From assembly GCA_039798785.1 (NCBI GenBank), contig JBDKFG010000070.1:1-64000 (forward strand): 64,000 nucleotides of DNA. The letters are read 5' to 3'. The translations under genes were made by a program, and so were the position numbers. The notes beneath the pieces were generated by a model, which saw nothing but the letters and a program-made list of their open reading frames with translations, was not told the origin of the DNA and did no database searches. The stretch comes from Verrucomicrobiota bacterium. GTDB taxonomy: Bacteria > Verrucomicrobiota > Lentisphaeria > Lentisphaerales > Lentisphaeraceae. This document shows positions 1 to 10,000 of this stretch, one piece after another (the stretch's first letter is position 1; each line of letters starts with the position of its first letter).

Positions 1-428
1 CTAACTGTGTTGCGGATGGCCAACGCGCCCAGAAGAGAAGCGGTGGTTTGATAGTGTGATGCCGGAAGTGCGGGATGTGCAGGATGAGGTGAAGAACCAC
101 AAACATCCAGGAAGAACCGCATTTTCAATCAATGATGAGCCCACAAATTTCCCGGAAGACCACGCGTATTCAAGATAAGCGTTTGGGCCTTTGCGCCTGC
201 TGCTCGCCCCCTCGCGGGTCGCACATGGTAGCCCCCGCAAGGGGTCGAACGACAGAATTCGTCAGAATTCAGACCAGAATCTTTTCGCAGGGGTTCCCAG
301 CATGACTCGTGAGGCATCTTGGATACGCTTGCCCGGAAGACCCATTATCTCGCAATCCGCCCTCGACGGAAGCGGCGGAACAGGAGTATTATGCAAAAAC
401 AGCCCTGACCCAACCCCAGTTCAACTCG

Positions 429-1595
429 ATGCCGCGTGAACGACACATACTTCTGCTGATCGAAGCGACACGGGCCTACGGCCGCTCGATCTGCCATGGC
501 ATCGCTGAATACGCTCGTCTACGGGAGGATTGGATTCTGATGCCGCACGAGAGGCCCGTTTCGCACGAGCTTCCGCAGTGGATCCGGAAAGGGGAGATCG
601 ATGGCGTCATAGCCTATATCCCTTCCCGTGAAATCAGTCGCAAGCTGCAGGCACTGAAAGTGCCAGTGGTCGACGTCCAGGGCAAGGGCTATTCGTCTTC
701 CATACCCGTCTTCGACACGGATCCGGATGCCGTCGGCCGACTGGCTGTGAACTTCCTCCGGAATGCGGGCTTCAAGAATCTTGCTTTCTGCGGTTATCCC
801 GGGATCTTCTTTTCCGATCGCAGAGAGGCGGCCGTGGCGCGCCTTGTCGGTGAGGATGATCTTGCTGTATATCACCCTCCTCACGAGATCGCTCTGCCGG
901 ACTGGAGGCAGCAGGAGCGCGGGGCGATGGAGTACGAGTCCGATCTCTGCCACTGGCTGCAATCCCTTCCCAAGCCGGTGGCGATTCTCGCCTGCAACGA
1001 CATCCGCGGCCAGCAGATCATCAACGCCTGCCGAAGCGCCGGCATCGCGGCTCCCGGGGAAGTCGCGGTCCTGGGGATCGATGACGACGACATGATCTGC
1101 GAACTCTGCCGGCCCACCCTTTCCAGCATCGCGCCGAACACCTACGCGATCGGCTGGCAGGCTGCCTCCACCCTGGCCGACATGCTCGACGGCAAGGCGG
1201 TTTTCAGTGGCTTGCGCAACATTCCGCCGCTGCGTATCGTCGAACGCCAGTCGACTGACATCGTTCCCTCGCTCCACCCAGTCATCATCCAGGCGACGAG
1301 GATGATCCGCAACCGGGCATGCCAGGGGCTCTCCGTCGAACAGATCTGCGCGCAGCTGAAGTGCTCGCGCAGCACGCTCGACGCCCTTTTCGCCCGGCAC
1401 CTCGGCCGCAGCGTCTCGTCGGAGATCCTCCGCGTCCGCCTGACGCGAGCCAAGCAGCTCCTCCTCGAAGGCCAGCGCCCCTTGGCGGAAATCGCCCGCG
1501 ATTGCGGCTTTCTGTCCTCCGCCTATTTCTGCCGCTTCTTCAAGCGCGAGACCGGCCAGACCCCGGCAGCCTTCAGGGACGCTTCTCCGCGCTGA
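429..1595 (+). CDS. XylR-type transcriptional regulator (periplasmic-binding-like sensor + AraC HTH)
   Basis: Begins MPRERHILLLIEATRAYGRSICHGIAEY; contains LPKPVAILACND and EVAVLGIDDD..C..PTLSSI; C-terminal AraC HTH (EIARDCGF..SAYFCRFFKRETGQTP). Start placed at ATG 429. Confidence 0.9.
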   Translation: MPRERHILLLIEATRAYGRSICHGIAEYARLREDWILMPHERPVSHELPQWIRKGEIDGVIAYIPSREISRKLQALKVPVVDVQGKGYSSSIPVFDTDPDAVGRLAVNFLRNAGFKNLAFCGYPGIFFSDRREAAVARLVGEDDLAVYHPPHEIALPDWRQQERGAMEYESDLCHWLQSLPKPVAILACNDIRGQQIINACRSAGIAAPGEVAVLGIDDDDMICELCRPTLSSIAPNTYAIGWQAASTLADMLDGKAVFSGLRNIPPLRIVERQSTDIVPSLHPVIIQATRMIRNRACQGLSVEQICAQLKCSRSTLDALFARHLGRSVSSEILRVRLTRAKQLLLEGQRPLAEIARDCGFLSSAYFCRFFKRETGQTPAAFRDASPR

Positions 1596-1653
1596 GCCCG
1601 GAGCTTACTTCGGATCTCATTCAATTGCATGTGGATGCCACACCTGGATTCAG

Positions 1654-1687
1654 GAAAACTGTTCTTCTGATTGAGAAAAAAGACAAT
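1654..1687 (+). promoter_or_regulatory. Putative XylR/AraC-type operator, two half-sites 21 bp apart
   Basis: gaaaa at 1654 and gaaaaaagacaat at 1675, in the AT-rich gap between the regulator and the symporter; only the second half-site is a good match. Confidence 0.3.
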
Positions 1688-1763
1688 GGATGATGACTTT
1701 TTATCGAGTATTCCTTGAGAGGCGGAAGGCTCAGGAAACTCATTTCTAAAAAGGCAGGCGACC

Positions 1764-3719
1764 ATGGAAAGTGGCATTCATCTTCATTGGGCAGACTACC
1801 TGATCATGCTGGTGTACGTGGCGTCGGTCGTCGGCATCGGCTTCGCCCTGAAGCGGCAGATGCGCAACAGCGCCGATTTCCTCACGTCGAGCCACTCGAT
1901 CCCCGCCTGGATCACCGGCCTGGCCTTCATCTCGGCCAATCTCGGGGCGCTGGAGCTGGTGGGCATGGCGGCGAGCGGCGCCAAATACGGAATGATGACC
2001 TGCCATTTCTACTGGATCGGCGCGATCCTGGCGATGTGCTTCCTGGCGGTATTCATGATGCCCTTCTACTACGGATCCAAGGCCCGGTCCGTCCCTGAAT
2101 ATCTCTACCTGCGTTTCGACGGCAGGGTCCGCTGCCTCAATTCCATCACCTTCGCGGTGATGACGGTCTTCGCCTCGGGGATATCGATGAACGCTCTCGC
2201 CAAGCTCCTGCAGCTGCTGCTTGGCTGGAACTACCATCTCAGCCTCTGGATCTGCTCGGCGATCGTGCTGCTCTACGTGATGAAGGGGGGCCTGACCTCG
2301 GCCATCTACACGGAGGTGCTGCAGTTCTTCATGATCGTCCTCGGCTTCGCTCCGGTGGTCTATCTGGGCATGCGGGAAGTCGGCGGCTGGGAGGCGCTCA
2401 AGCTCAAGCTTGCCGGCGTCGCCCAGGATCCCGCGGCGATCGGCGTCGGTGCGGAAGGCGCGAAGTTCGGCGGCGAGGCCTGGACGGGCGCCTGGCAGCC
2501 GATGCTCGAGGGTGCGGGACGGAATCCGATGGGGGTGGATCTCTTCGCGATGGTCTTCGGCTTGGGCTTCGTCCTCTCCTTCGGCTACTGGTGCACAAAC
2601 TTCCTGGTGGTCCAGCGCGCCATGGCGGCCAAGGACATGAACGCGGCCCGCCGCACCCCGCTGATCGGAGCCGTGCCGAAGATGCTCCTTCCGGTCCTCG
2701 TCATCCTCCCCGGCATGATCGCCGCCGGCCTTGCCCATGACGGCGTCCGCGGCGGCCGGGAAGGGTCCTACCACCTGCCCGCAGTCCGGCTCGAGGAGGG
2801 CGCCCTCGACCGCGGCGTGGCGGCGGTGCGCCAGGCGGCGGGAATGGAGCCTGCGGCGGCACTTGCCGCAGTCGCCCAGGCCAGCGGCCGCAAGATGCGC
2901 CCGGAAGAGCTGGGCAAGCTGATCTCCGCCAGCCCGGGCCTCAGCGACGCCGCCATCCGCGTCGGCCTGCAGAAGGCGGTCGCCGAGATCGACTATGACG
3001 GGGTGATCGTCTCCCTCATCGAACGCTACTGCCCCGCCGGCCTTCTCGGCCTCGCCCTGACCGCGCTTCTCGCCTCCTTCATGTCGGGCATGGCCGGCAA
3101 CGTCACCGCCTTCAACACCATCTGGACCTACGACCTCTACCAGGCCTATGTCGCCAAGGACCGCTCCGACGCGCATTACATGCGGGTCGGCAGGGCCGCG
3201 ACCCTCGCCGGCATCCTGGCCAGCATCGGCTGCGCCTATTTCGCCAGCGCCTGGACCAACGCACTCGACATCATCCAGCTCGTCTTCGGCTTCGTCAATG
3301 CGCCGCTTTTCGCCACTTTCCTGCTCGGCATGTTCTGGCGCCGGATCAACGCCGCCGGAGCCTTCTACGGACTCCTCATCGGCACCCTCGCCTCGGGAGT
3401 CTTCCACGCCTGCACCCTCGCCGCAGGGAACGCCCCAGGGGTCAAGGGCGGCTACCTCTGCGTCGTCTACGGCCGCTTCCCCAGCGACATGGCCCAGACC
3501 TTCTGGCTCGCCTCCTTCGCCTTCGTCGTCTGCCTGGTCGCCAGCGTCCTGATCTCTCTCGCGACGCCCCGCGACAAGCCGGACGAAGAGCTCAAGGGCC
3601 TGGTCTACTCCCTGACGCCCCGGATCGCCGCCGGGAAGGAGCCCTGGCACCTGCGGCCTGCGATCCTGGCGGCGCTGCTGCTCGCCTCCTGCTTCCTGCT
3701 CAATCTCGTCTTCCGTTGA
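1764..3719 (+). CDS. Sodium:solute symporter (SSS family), probably for a sugar
   Basis: Many TM helices; GLAFISANLGALE, GGLTSAIYTEVLQ, YWCTNFLVVQRAMAA, ALLASFMSG motifs. Confidence 0.93.
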   Translation: MESGIHLHWADYLIMLVYVASVVGIGFALKRQMRNSADFLTSSHSIPAWITGLAFISANLGALELVGMAASGAKYGMMTCHFYWIGAILAMCFLAVFMMPFYYGSKARSVPEYLYLRFDGRVRCLNSITFAVMTVFASGISMNALAKLLQLLLGWNYHLSLWICSAIVLLYVMKGGLTSAIYTEVLQFFMIVLGFAPVVYLGMREVGGWEALKLKLAGVAQDPAAIGVGAEGAKFGGEAWTGAWQPMLEGAGRNPMGVDLFAMVFGLGFVLSFGYWCTNFLVVQRAMAAKDMNAARRTPLIGAVPKMLLPVLVILPGMIAAGLAHDGVRGGREGSYHLPAVRLEEGALDRGVAAVRQAAGMEPAAALAAVAQASGRKMRPEELGKLISASPGLSDAAIRVGLQKAVAEIDYDGVIVSLIERYCPAGLLGLALTALLASFMSGMAGNVTAFNTIWTYDLYQAYVAKDRSDAHYMRVGRAATLAGILASIGCAYFASAWTNALDIIQLVFGFVNAPLFATFLLGMFWRRINAAGAFYGLLIGTLASGVFHACTLAAGNAPGVKGGYLCVVYGRFPSDMAQTFWLASFAFVVCLVASVLISLATPRDKPDEELKGLVYSLTPRIAAGKEPWHLRPAILAALLLASCFLLNLVFR

Positions 3720-3736
3720 AATGAAAGGAGAACTCC

Positions 3737-3973
3737 ATGGGCCTTGATCTACGCATTCCCATCGGCCTGATGTTCGGCATCATCGGCACGATCCTGGTCG
3801 CCCTCGGCCTGGCCGCGGCGCCCGACCCGAAAACCCTCGGCGTCAACATCAATCTCGGCTGGGGTGCCTGCCTTCTCGTCTTCGCCGCCCTGATGCTGCT
3901 CGCCTCACTGCGTCCCCGCCGCAACGAGCAGGACGCGCCAGCGTCGCCAGCAAAGAATGAGGAGACCCCCTGA
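3737..3973 (+). CDS. Small two-TM membrane protein associated with the SSS transporter
   Basis: Strong RBS (aaaggag); MGLDLRIPIGLMFGIIG...GVNINLGWG; its stop overlaps the next start. Confidence 0.8.
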   Translation: MGLDLRIPIGLMFGIIGTILVALGLAAAPDPKTLGVNINLGWGACLLVFAALMLLASLRPRRNEQDAPASPAKNEETP

Positions 3974-5607
3974 TGAACACCATCTTCAACACTGCACTCG
4001 CTTCGATCCTCGCCGTCTGCGGCGACGCCGCCGCGCCGGAGAAACCGGCTGCCGCCGAACTTCAGCCGCGCGGCGTCCACTATCCCAAGAAGATCTATGT
4101 CCGCGAGGAGCTGCCCACCTTCGACCAGGTCAAGGGCGAGCTCCCCGAGCCGGTGCTCCCCTCGCGCCCCGAACTCCAGGAGATGTACTGGAAGTGCTGG
4201 AGCCTCGCCTTTGCCCACCTCCGGCAACCGCCGAAAGGCTCGCCCCTGGTCTCCAATTGGCTAGATGAAGCCTTCAGCGGCAACATCTTCCAGTGGGACA
4301 CCTGCTTCATGATGATGTTCGGCCGCTACGGCCACCCCCAGTTCCCCTTCATCCAGTCGCTCGACAATTTCTACGCCCTGCAGCGGCCCGAGGGCTTCAT
4401 CTGCCGGGAATACACCGAGAAGGAGGGACGAGAAATCAAATTCGGCGAACACGGAGGCTTCCGCGATCCTGGCGGCTGGCGCAACAGCGTCAATCCGCCG
4501 CTGTTCGCCTGGGCCGAGTGCGAGTCATTCAAAATCAGCGGCGACAAGTCCCGCTTCGCCGCGGTCCTGCCGGCGCTCGAGAAATACCTCGAATTCCTCA
4601 ATCGCGACGGCGATCCTGACGCCGCCCCCGCCGAGTGGCTCGCCCAAGGACGCCGCTCCGCGGGCACGCCCCATAAGCTGTATTGGAACACTTCGCTGGG
4701 CAGCGGCATGGACGACATTCCCAAGCCGACCGGCAAAGGATCGGGCTGGGTCGACATGTCCTGCCAGATGGTGATGCAATACCGGCAACTGGCCTTGATC
4801 TGCCGCGAACTCGATTTGAAGGACAAGGCCGCCCAATACGACAAGGAGGCGGAGGCCATCGGCGCCCGCATCAACCAATGGTGCTGGAACGAGAAGGACG
4901 GGTTCTACTACGACGTCCTCGCCGACGGCACCCAGTTCAAGAAGAAGACCGCCTGCGGCTTCTGGCCGATGATCGCCGGCATCGCCACGCCTCAGCAAGT
5001 CGCCCGCATGGTCGCCCACCTGAAGGACGAAAAGGAATTCTGGCGCCCCTTCGTCTTCCCCGCCCTGGCCGCTGACGAGAAGGAGTACAACTTCCCCAGC
5101 GGCGGCTATTGGAAAGGCGCCGTCTGGGCGCCGACCAACTACGCCATCATCAAGGGGCTGGAAGCCTGCGGCGAAGAGGACTTCGCCGCCGCGGCCACCG
5201 CGAAATACCTCGACGGCATGGCCGCCGTCTTCAAGAAGCGCGGCACGGTCTTTGAAAACTACATGCCGGAACGTCTGGAGCCGCAAAGCGGCAAAGGCGA
5301 CTTCGTCGGCTGGTCCGCATGCGGGCCGATCTCCCTCTACATCGAAAACATCCTCGGCTTCCGCCCCGACGGCGTCCGCCATCGCTTGAGCTGGAGGCTT
5401 CATCTCCGGGAAGCTCACGGCATCCGCCGCCTGCGTTTCGGCGAGGTCAAGGCGGATCTCCTCTACGACGGGGCCGGCCACGTCGACATCCAGTGCGACA
5501 AGCCCTTCACCCTAGTGCTCAATGGCAGCAGCCGCGAGATCCCCGCCGGCCGCAGCCGCCTGGAGGCCACACCCATAGCCGTATCCAATCAAGGATCCCC
5601 GAAATGA
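3973..5607 (+). CDS. Secreted (alpha/alpha)6-barrel glycoside hydrolase (GH63/MGH1/trehalase-like)
   Basis: Signal-peptide-like N-terminus; IFQWDTCF, NPPLFAWAE, SGMDD, WNEKDGFYYD, YWKGAVWAPTNY, FENY and FVGWS motifs. Confidence 0.85.
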   Translation: MNTIFNTALASILAVCGDAAAPEKPAAAELQPRGVHYPKKIYVREELPTFDQVKGELPEPVLPSRPELQEMYWKCWSLAFAHLRQPPKGSPLVSNWLDEAFSGNIFQWDTCFMMMFGRYGHPQFPFIQSLDNFYALQRPEGFICREYTEKEGREIKFGEHGGFRDPGGWRNSVNPPLFAWAECESFKISGDKSRFAAVLPALEKYLEFLNRDGDPDAAPAEWLAQGRRSAGTPHKLYWNTSLGSGMDDIPKPTGKGSGWVDMSCQMVMQYRQLALICRELDLKDKAAQYDKEAEAIGARINQWCWNEKDGFYYDVLADGTQFKKKTACGFWPMIAGIATPQQVARMVAHLKDEKEFWRPFVFPALAADEKEYNFPSGGYWKGAVWAPTNYAIIKGLEACGEEDFAAAATAKYLDGMAAVFKKRGTVFENYMPERLEPQSGKGDFVGWSACGPISLYIENILGFRPDGVRHRLSWRLHLREAHGIRRLRFGEVKADLLYDGAGHVDIQCDKPFTLVLNGSSREIPAGRSRLEATPIAVSNQGSPK

Positions 5608-6356
5608 GAAAAAAAACGTTCACATTGCTCGAGCTGCTGGGGGTCATTTGCATCATCTTGATACTCGCCAGCCTACTCGTCCCCGCTTTCGGACGAGCTA
5701 GGAAAATGGCGAAACTCGTCATTTGCGGCAACAACCTTAAACAGTTGCACATGACCTTCGCCCTCTTTGAACGGAATTGTCGGGAACTGCCGCCAGGAGA
5801 AAACGGCTACAACTTCAAGGAGTATTCATCCTGGCAGTGGAAAGAATATGTCTCCTGGGACGACCACTTGGCACCTTACATGAGCCGCGCCTTGAGCCAA
5901 GGCGAAATCGAGGCCCGCTCCGTCAATAAGAAGTCCAATAGCGACTCCCTCTTGAGATGCCCCACCGACAAGGATGACGATCCGCAATGGCTGATCCGCA
6001 CCTACAGCGTCAACGCCTACGACCTCTGGTTCGGCCAGAGCAGCGGAGAACCCTTCGCCTACAGAATCCCCGCCAGCATGCGCAACGGCTTGTTCGGGCG
6101 GATGAAATCCCGGGCATCCGCGACTGTGAGCGATCCAGGCTGCTGCTACTTGCTCACGGAAGGATTCAACGGGACCGGAAAATATGCCGGACGAGGTTCC
6201 TGCAGTGCTCTCGCCAGAGATTCCGATTTCGGCCCCTACCGCTACCACTCCGGCAAGAGGATGGTCGTCTTTGTCGATGGTCATGTCGCCTGCACCGACA
6301 ATTTCGATTTCATTCCCGGCACCGATACCCTCAATCGTCTGATCAGGGCGAGGTGA
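5604..6356 (+). CDS. Prepilin-type N-terminal cleavage/methylation protein with H-X9-DG motif
   Basis: MRKKTFTLLELLGVICIILILASLLVPAFGRAR, C.NNLKQL, LRCPTD, HSGKRMVVFVDGHV; ATG overlaps the upstream stop. Confidence 0.88.
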   Translation: MRKKTFTLLELLGVICIILILASLLVPAFGRARKMAKLVICGNNLKQLHMTFALFERNCRELPPGENGYNFKEYSSWQWKEYVSWDDHLAPYMSRALSQGEIEARSVNKKSNSDSLLRCPTDKDDDPQWLIRTYSVNAYDLWFGQSSGEPFAYRIPASMRNGLFGRMKSRASATVSDPGCCYLLTEGFNGTGKYAGRGSCSALARDSDFGPYRYHSGKRMVVFVDGHVACTDNFDFIPGTDTLNRLIRAR

Positions 6357-6359
6357 GAC

Positions 6360-7025
6360 ATGGGGCTTGTGGATGCCGCCGCCTTCATGGCGCCATGGAT
6401 CATGGGCTCAGGACTCGCCTTGCTCTGGCTCAGCCGCCGCTTGCCAGAACAGGCAGCACTCCGATTCTCTGCCGTGACGGCTTGTCTCCTGGGGCTTCCG
6501 ATTCTCTTGTGGCGACTTTTCGCCTTCGATGAAGATGAAGCCATATTCCAGAGGAATCTGGAAAGTTTCGAAATCAGCCAGTCAGCCGCCCCTTTGCGCC
6601 TGCAGCGTGAGCTGAAAACACTGGGCAAAACCGCTGCCTTGGTCGCCCACAGCGCCTTCCATGAATCGAAAGGCCGCCTGATCACCCAGGACAGCCCCGC
6701 CTTGATGCAGATCAGGATCGATAACAACAAATATCTGAACTATGAAGAGCTCCCGCAACTCTTTGATCAGCAGAAGCCCGGATCCTGCCTGGTGCTCGTC
6801 AATGTCCTGCAGCGCGACTTGCCCGACGATGAGACCCTGCAGGAGATTGCACGCACCCGGCCAGATGAACTCACCGTGTGGGTGGTCGAAAGCGATGAGT
6901 CGATAGCCAGGAAACTTCTCGACTCCGGCCTCGCCCATGCCGTCTTTTTGACCCGATGCCAGCGTGACCAGGATTCCTTCCTCGCCGTCTGCCAAAGACT
7001 CTTGCCTCATGGGAAATCGGATTGA
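6360..7025 (+). CDS. Hypothetical membrane protein
   Basis: 221-aa ORF starting 3 nt after the previous stop; two N-terminal hydrophobic helices, then a soluble domain. Confidence 0.6.
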   Translation: MGLVDAAAFMAPWIMGSGLALLWLSRRLPEQAALRFSAVTACLLGLPILLWRLFAFDEDEAIFQRNLESFEISQSAAPLRLQRELKTLGKTAALVAHSAFHESKGRLITQDSPALMQIRIDNNKYLNYEELPQLFDQQKPGSCLVLVNVLQRDLPDDETLQEIARTRPDELTVWVVESDESIARKLLDSGLAHAVFLTRCQRDQDSFLAVCQRLLPHGKSD

Positions 7026-7042
7026 ACTCAAGGATTTTTTCA

Positions 7043-10000
7043 ATGAAAAACAAAAGCAAATCATCATCATTTTTTGTAATATTTATATTTTTTTGTTTTA
7101 TATCAGCAATCGCTATCGCATGGTTTCTGGTTTCCTTGAGAGAGCGTGACTGTTCATCGCCTGAGATTAGCAAAAGTCCATCCACGGTGGATCATGATTT
7201 GCCGATTCAAGATTATAAAATCATGAATAATTTTAAAAAGATTGATATATATAAATGGAAGTCAGAGCATCCTCAAAGCGGGGGCAATACCTGGTTTCCA
7301 GCTTCTTTAATACAGACCCAAGATGGGCGCTTTCAACTAAGCACTGGATCGCAAGAGTGGGGGCATTGGCTGGCGCCTCTAGGCATTCGTGGCCGAGCAC
7401 ATCTTTTCAAATACCAGAAGTACGAATCCTGTAGAGCTTTAGTCCCGGATCTCTTGAAAGATCAAGATGGAAAACTTCAATTTCAGGCGTTTGAAGTCAC
7501 TCATGTAGTGAGAGATTCTCCAGCTTATGGTCACTTGCAGGTCGGCGATCTTATTTATAAATGGATGGATCAAGAGGTCATGGATTCAACCGAGTACAAA
7601 CACTCATTGAAATTGACAAAAAAAAATGAGCGAGAAATCCAGTTTCAAGCTGGAGAAATTCTCGATCAAGCATCTGCATTCGGAAGATTTAGTTGCTCAG
7701 TTATCAGGCCACCTTTAATTGAAAGCCATACATTTGAAGTTAATAACAGTGCAAAAATCAATATCGCGAGTAGTGTATCTGAGGAGATTTTCATTTCCAC
7801 AGGATCTGATATTATAATTTCAGGACTTGAGAGATCTGAAGTTATTAACTCATTTTATGAAAAATTGGCACCTATCTACGGTGGAAATATTTTTCAAATA
7901 ACTTCTCAAGATCAATGGCGGATTCCGGCAAATGCCAAAATTATTATCAAGCCAGGCGTCAAAAAGTCAATCGACATCAAATGCCAAGGAAGAGCTAAAA
8001 TTGAAATATCAAAATTTCAGTTAAAGAAAATTGGCGTTTCCGAGCGAGAATTGTGGCATAGTCCAGATCTCAATCGTTGGTGTAAGGAAGAGCAATTCAC
8101 ATTGAGGCTCGATGGCAATTCGGGGAAATTGAAGCTGCGGGTGGATAGTGCAGTAGCCAATAACTTCACCGGTTGCGGACTTTACTGGGCGGATGTGCAA
8201 TTGATCGTCAATGGCAAACTCGTCCTGCTCTCGGAACTGGCGCCAATCTATATGTCCACCGGATATGGGAGTATATCGACGCTTCAACCTGGAGCCGTGA
8301 TTTTGCCTCAGAGGACTGTGGATAGGTTTGGCTGGATCGCGCATGCGGAATCCGAATTTTGCTGGAAACTCCCCCCTGGAGTCTCGCAAATATCGGGACG
8401 ATTCGGGGGGACCGGGAATGGTCGCCTCCGCGCCTCAATCCGATTTAAAAATGAGTCCATCCCAGAGGATTTTTTCTCTGATTGTATTCGCAATATGACG
8501 TTTAGCATTCCGAAAACCGGCCAATTTTCAAAGTCTTTTCCAAAGGAATGCCCGAAAAGCGACTTATTGGTATCGCAGACCTGTGAATTTTTGTCCGCTC
8601 AACAACAGAATGATGGATCCTGGCCTTGTTGGTCAGGTTATACAACAAATTCATTCCATACTGCATTCTGTGGGTTAGCTCTCATGGCAAGCGGAAATAA
8701 TAAGTACGATGCTCAGATTCAGAAAGCCGCACATTATATAGGATATAATGATTCCTCCTCTGGGTGGGCATGTCCACGAGGGATAATTTTGACATTTTTA
8801 GCTGAATATTATTTAAGGTATAAAGATAAATCCATTTTACCAGCTATTGAAAATTCTGCCCAACGAATGATCGATTGTGTGCAACCCGACATGATTGCCG
8901 GTCACGGACTCTATGGATTAGGTTATAATGAAGGCGGACAATATTTAGGAGCAGCATATGCCCAATTGGGTTTATCAGTTGCATCAAAATGCCCAATAAA
9001 TATAGACAAAAAATGGACAGATAAATTTTTCCACCATATATCCCACATTCAGTGTAATGGTGCCTACCCTTATGGGCGAGGATCTGCGTCGATACGTGAT
9101 AATAATTTTGCCAAAGAAGGCGGTAATGCGATGCATGGTCTTGGTGTGATCGCTGCATATCTCTATAATTCCAAGGGCTCAGCCCAGGTTGTTGCTGATG
9201 CTCGAAAACGCTGGGATTGCGTCTTAGGTGATGGTGACCACTCCCACTCCACCTCTAGCCTAGGCTTCTTCGCGTCATCCTTGGCGATGAATCTAGTGGA
9301 TCCTGGTTTATTTAGAAAGCATCTCGATGCGTTCCGCTGGAAATTTGCCATTGAGCCCTCCTTTGATGGTGGTTGGCTGAAATCTTCATATATATTTGAT
9401 ACGCAAGGTGGTGAAGGCGTAACCGGTCTCTGGATAAGATCCGCCGTCATGGCAATTATTTTATCATCGCACAAAAGAAATCTTATAATTACCGGGAAAG
9501 CACCCCAAGCTGAGTTAGATAAAAGCTTATCATGTCTAGAGTACGAAGTATTTATTAAAAATTTCTACAGTCGAAATCTGTCTATCGCAAAGCAATTGCT
9601 GCCCCATCAGTTGAATCAGCCCTTGGATGATTTTAGAAATGAAATAATTGAAATCGAAGATGATGCGCAAATGCCGCAAAAAATCAGGAGTTTAATCACT
9701 AAAAATATGCCAATATTAACACAATATATTGCATCCTTGCAGATTTCTGGTCAAATTAAGTCTCAAGTTATTGAGTTGATTAGTGGCATGGACACCGTGA
9801 TTGAAATTGGAGATTCTGAGATGACAATTCGCGCTCGACTTCCGTTTCAAGGATTGATATTTTCATCTCCGGAAAAATCCGCAGAAATTAAGCGTGTCAT
9901 TGGTGAGAACTTTTACATGAATATTGGCTTAAAGACGCCATCAATGAGTGTTATAGATCGAAAAATCTCCATAAATAATGCTGATATTGACTGGCGTAAC

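Noticed and set aside
1..240. Short ORFs at the window start
   Set aside because: No recognisable motif in any frame, and the upstream context is cut off.
1746..3650. 634-aa antisense ORF (similarly 19399-20985, 27108-29090, 30632-33325, 36356-38476, 53074-55683, 60968-62455)
   Set aside because: Shadow ORFs opposite clearly identified genes, expected from strong GC3 codon bias; no motifs.
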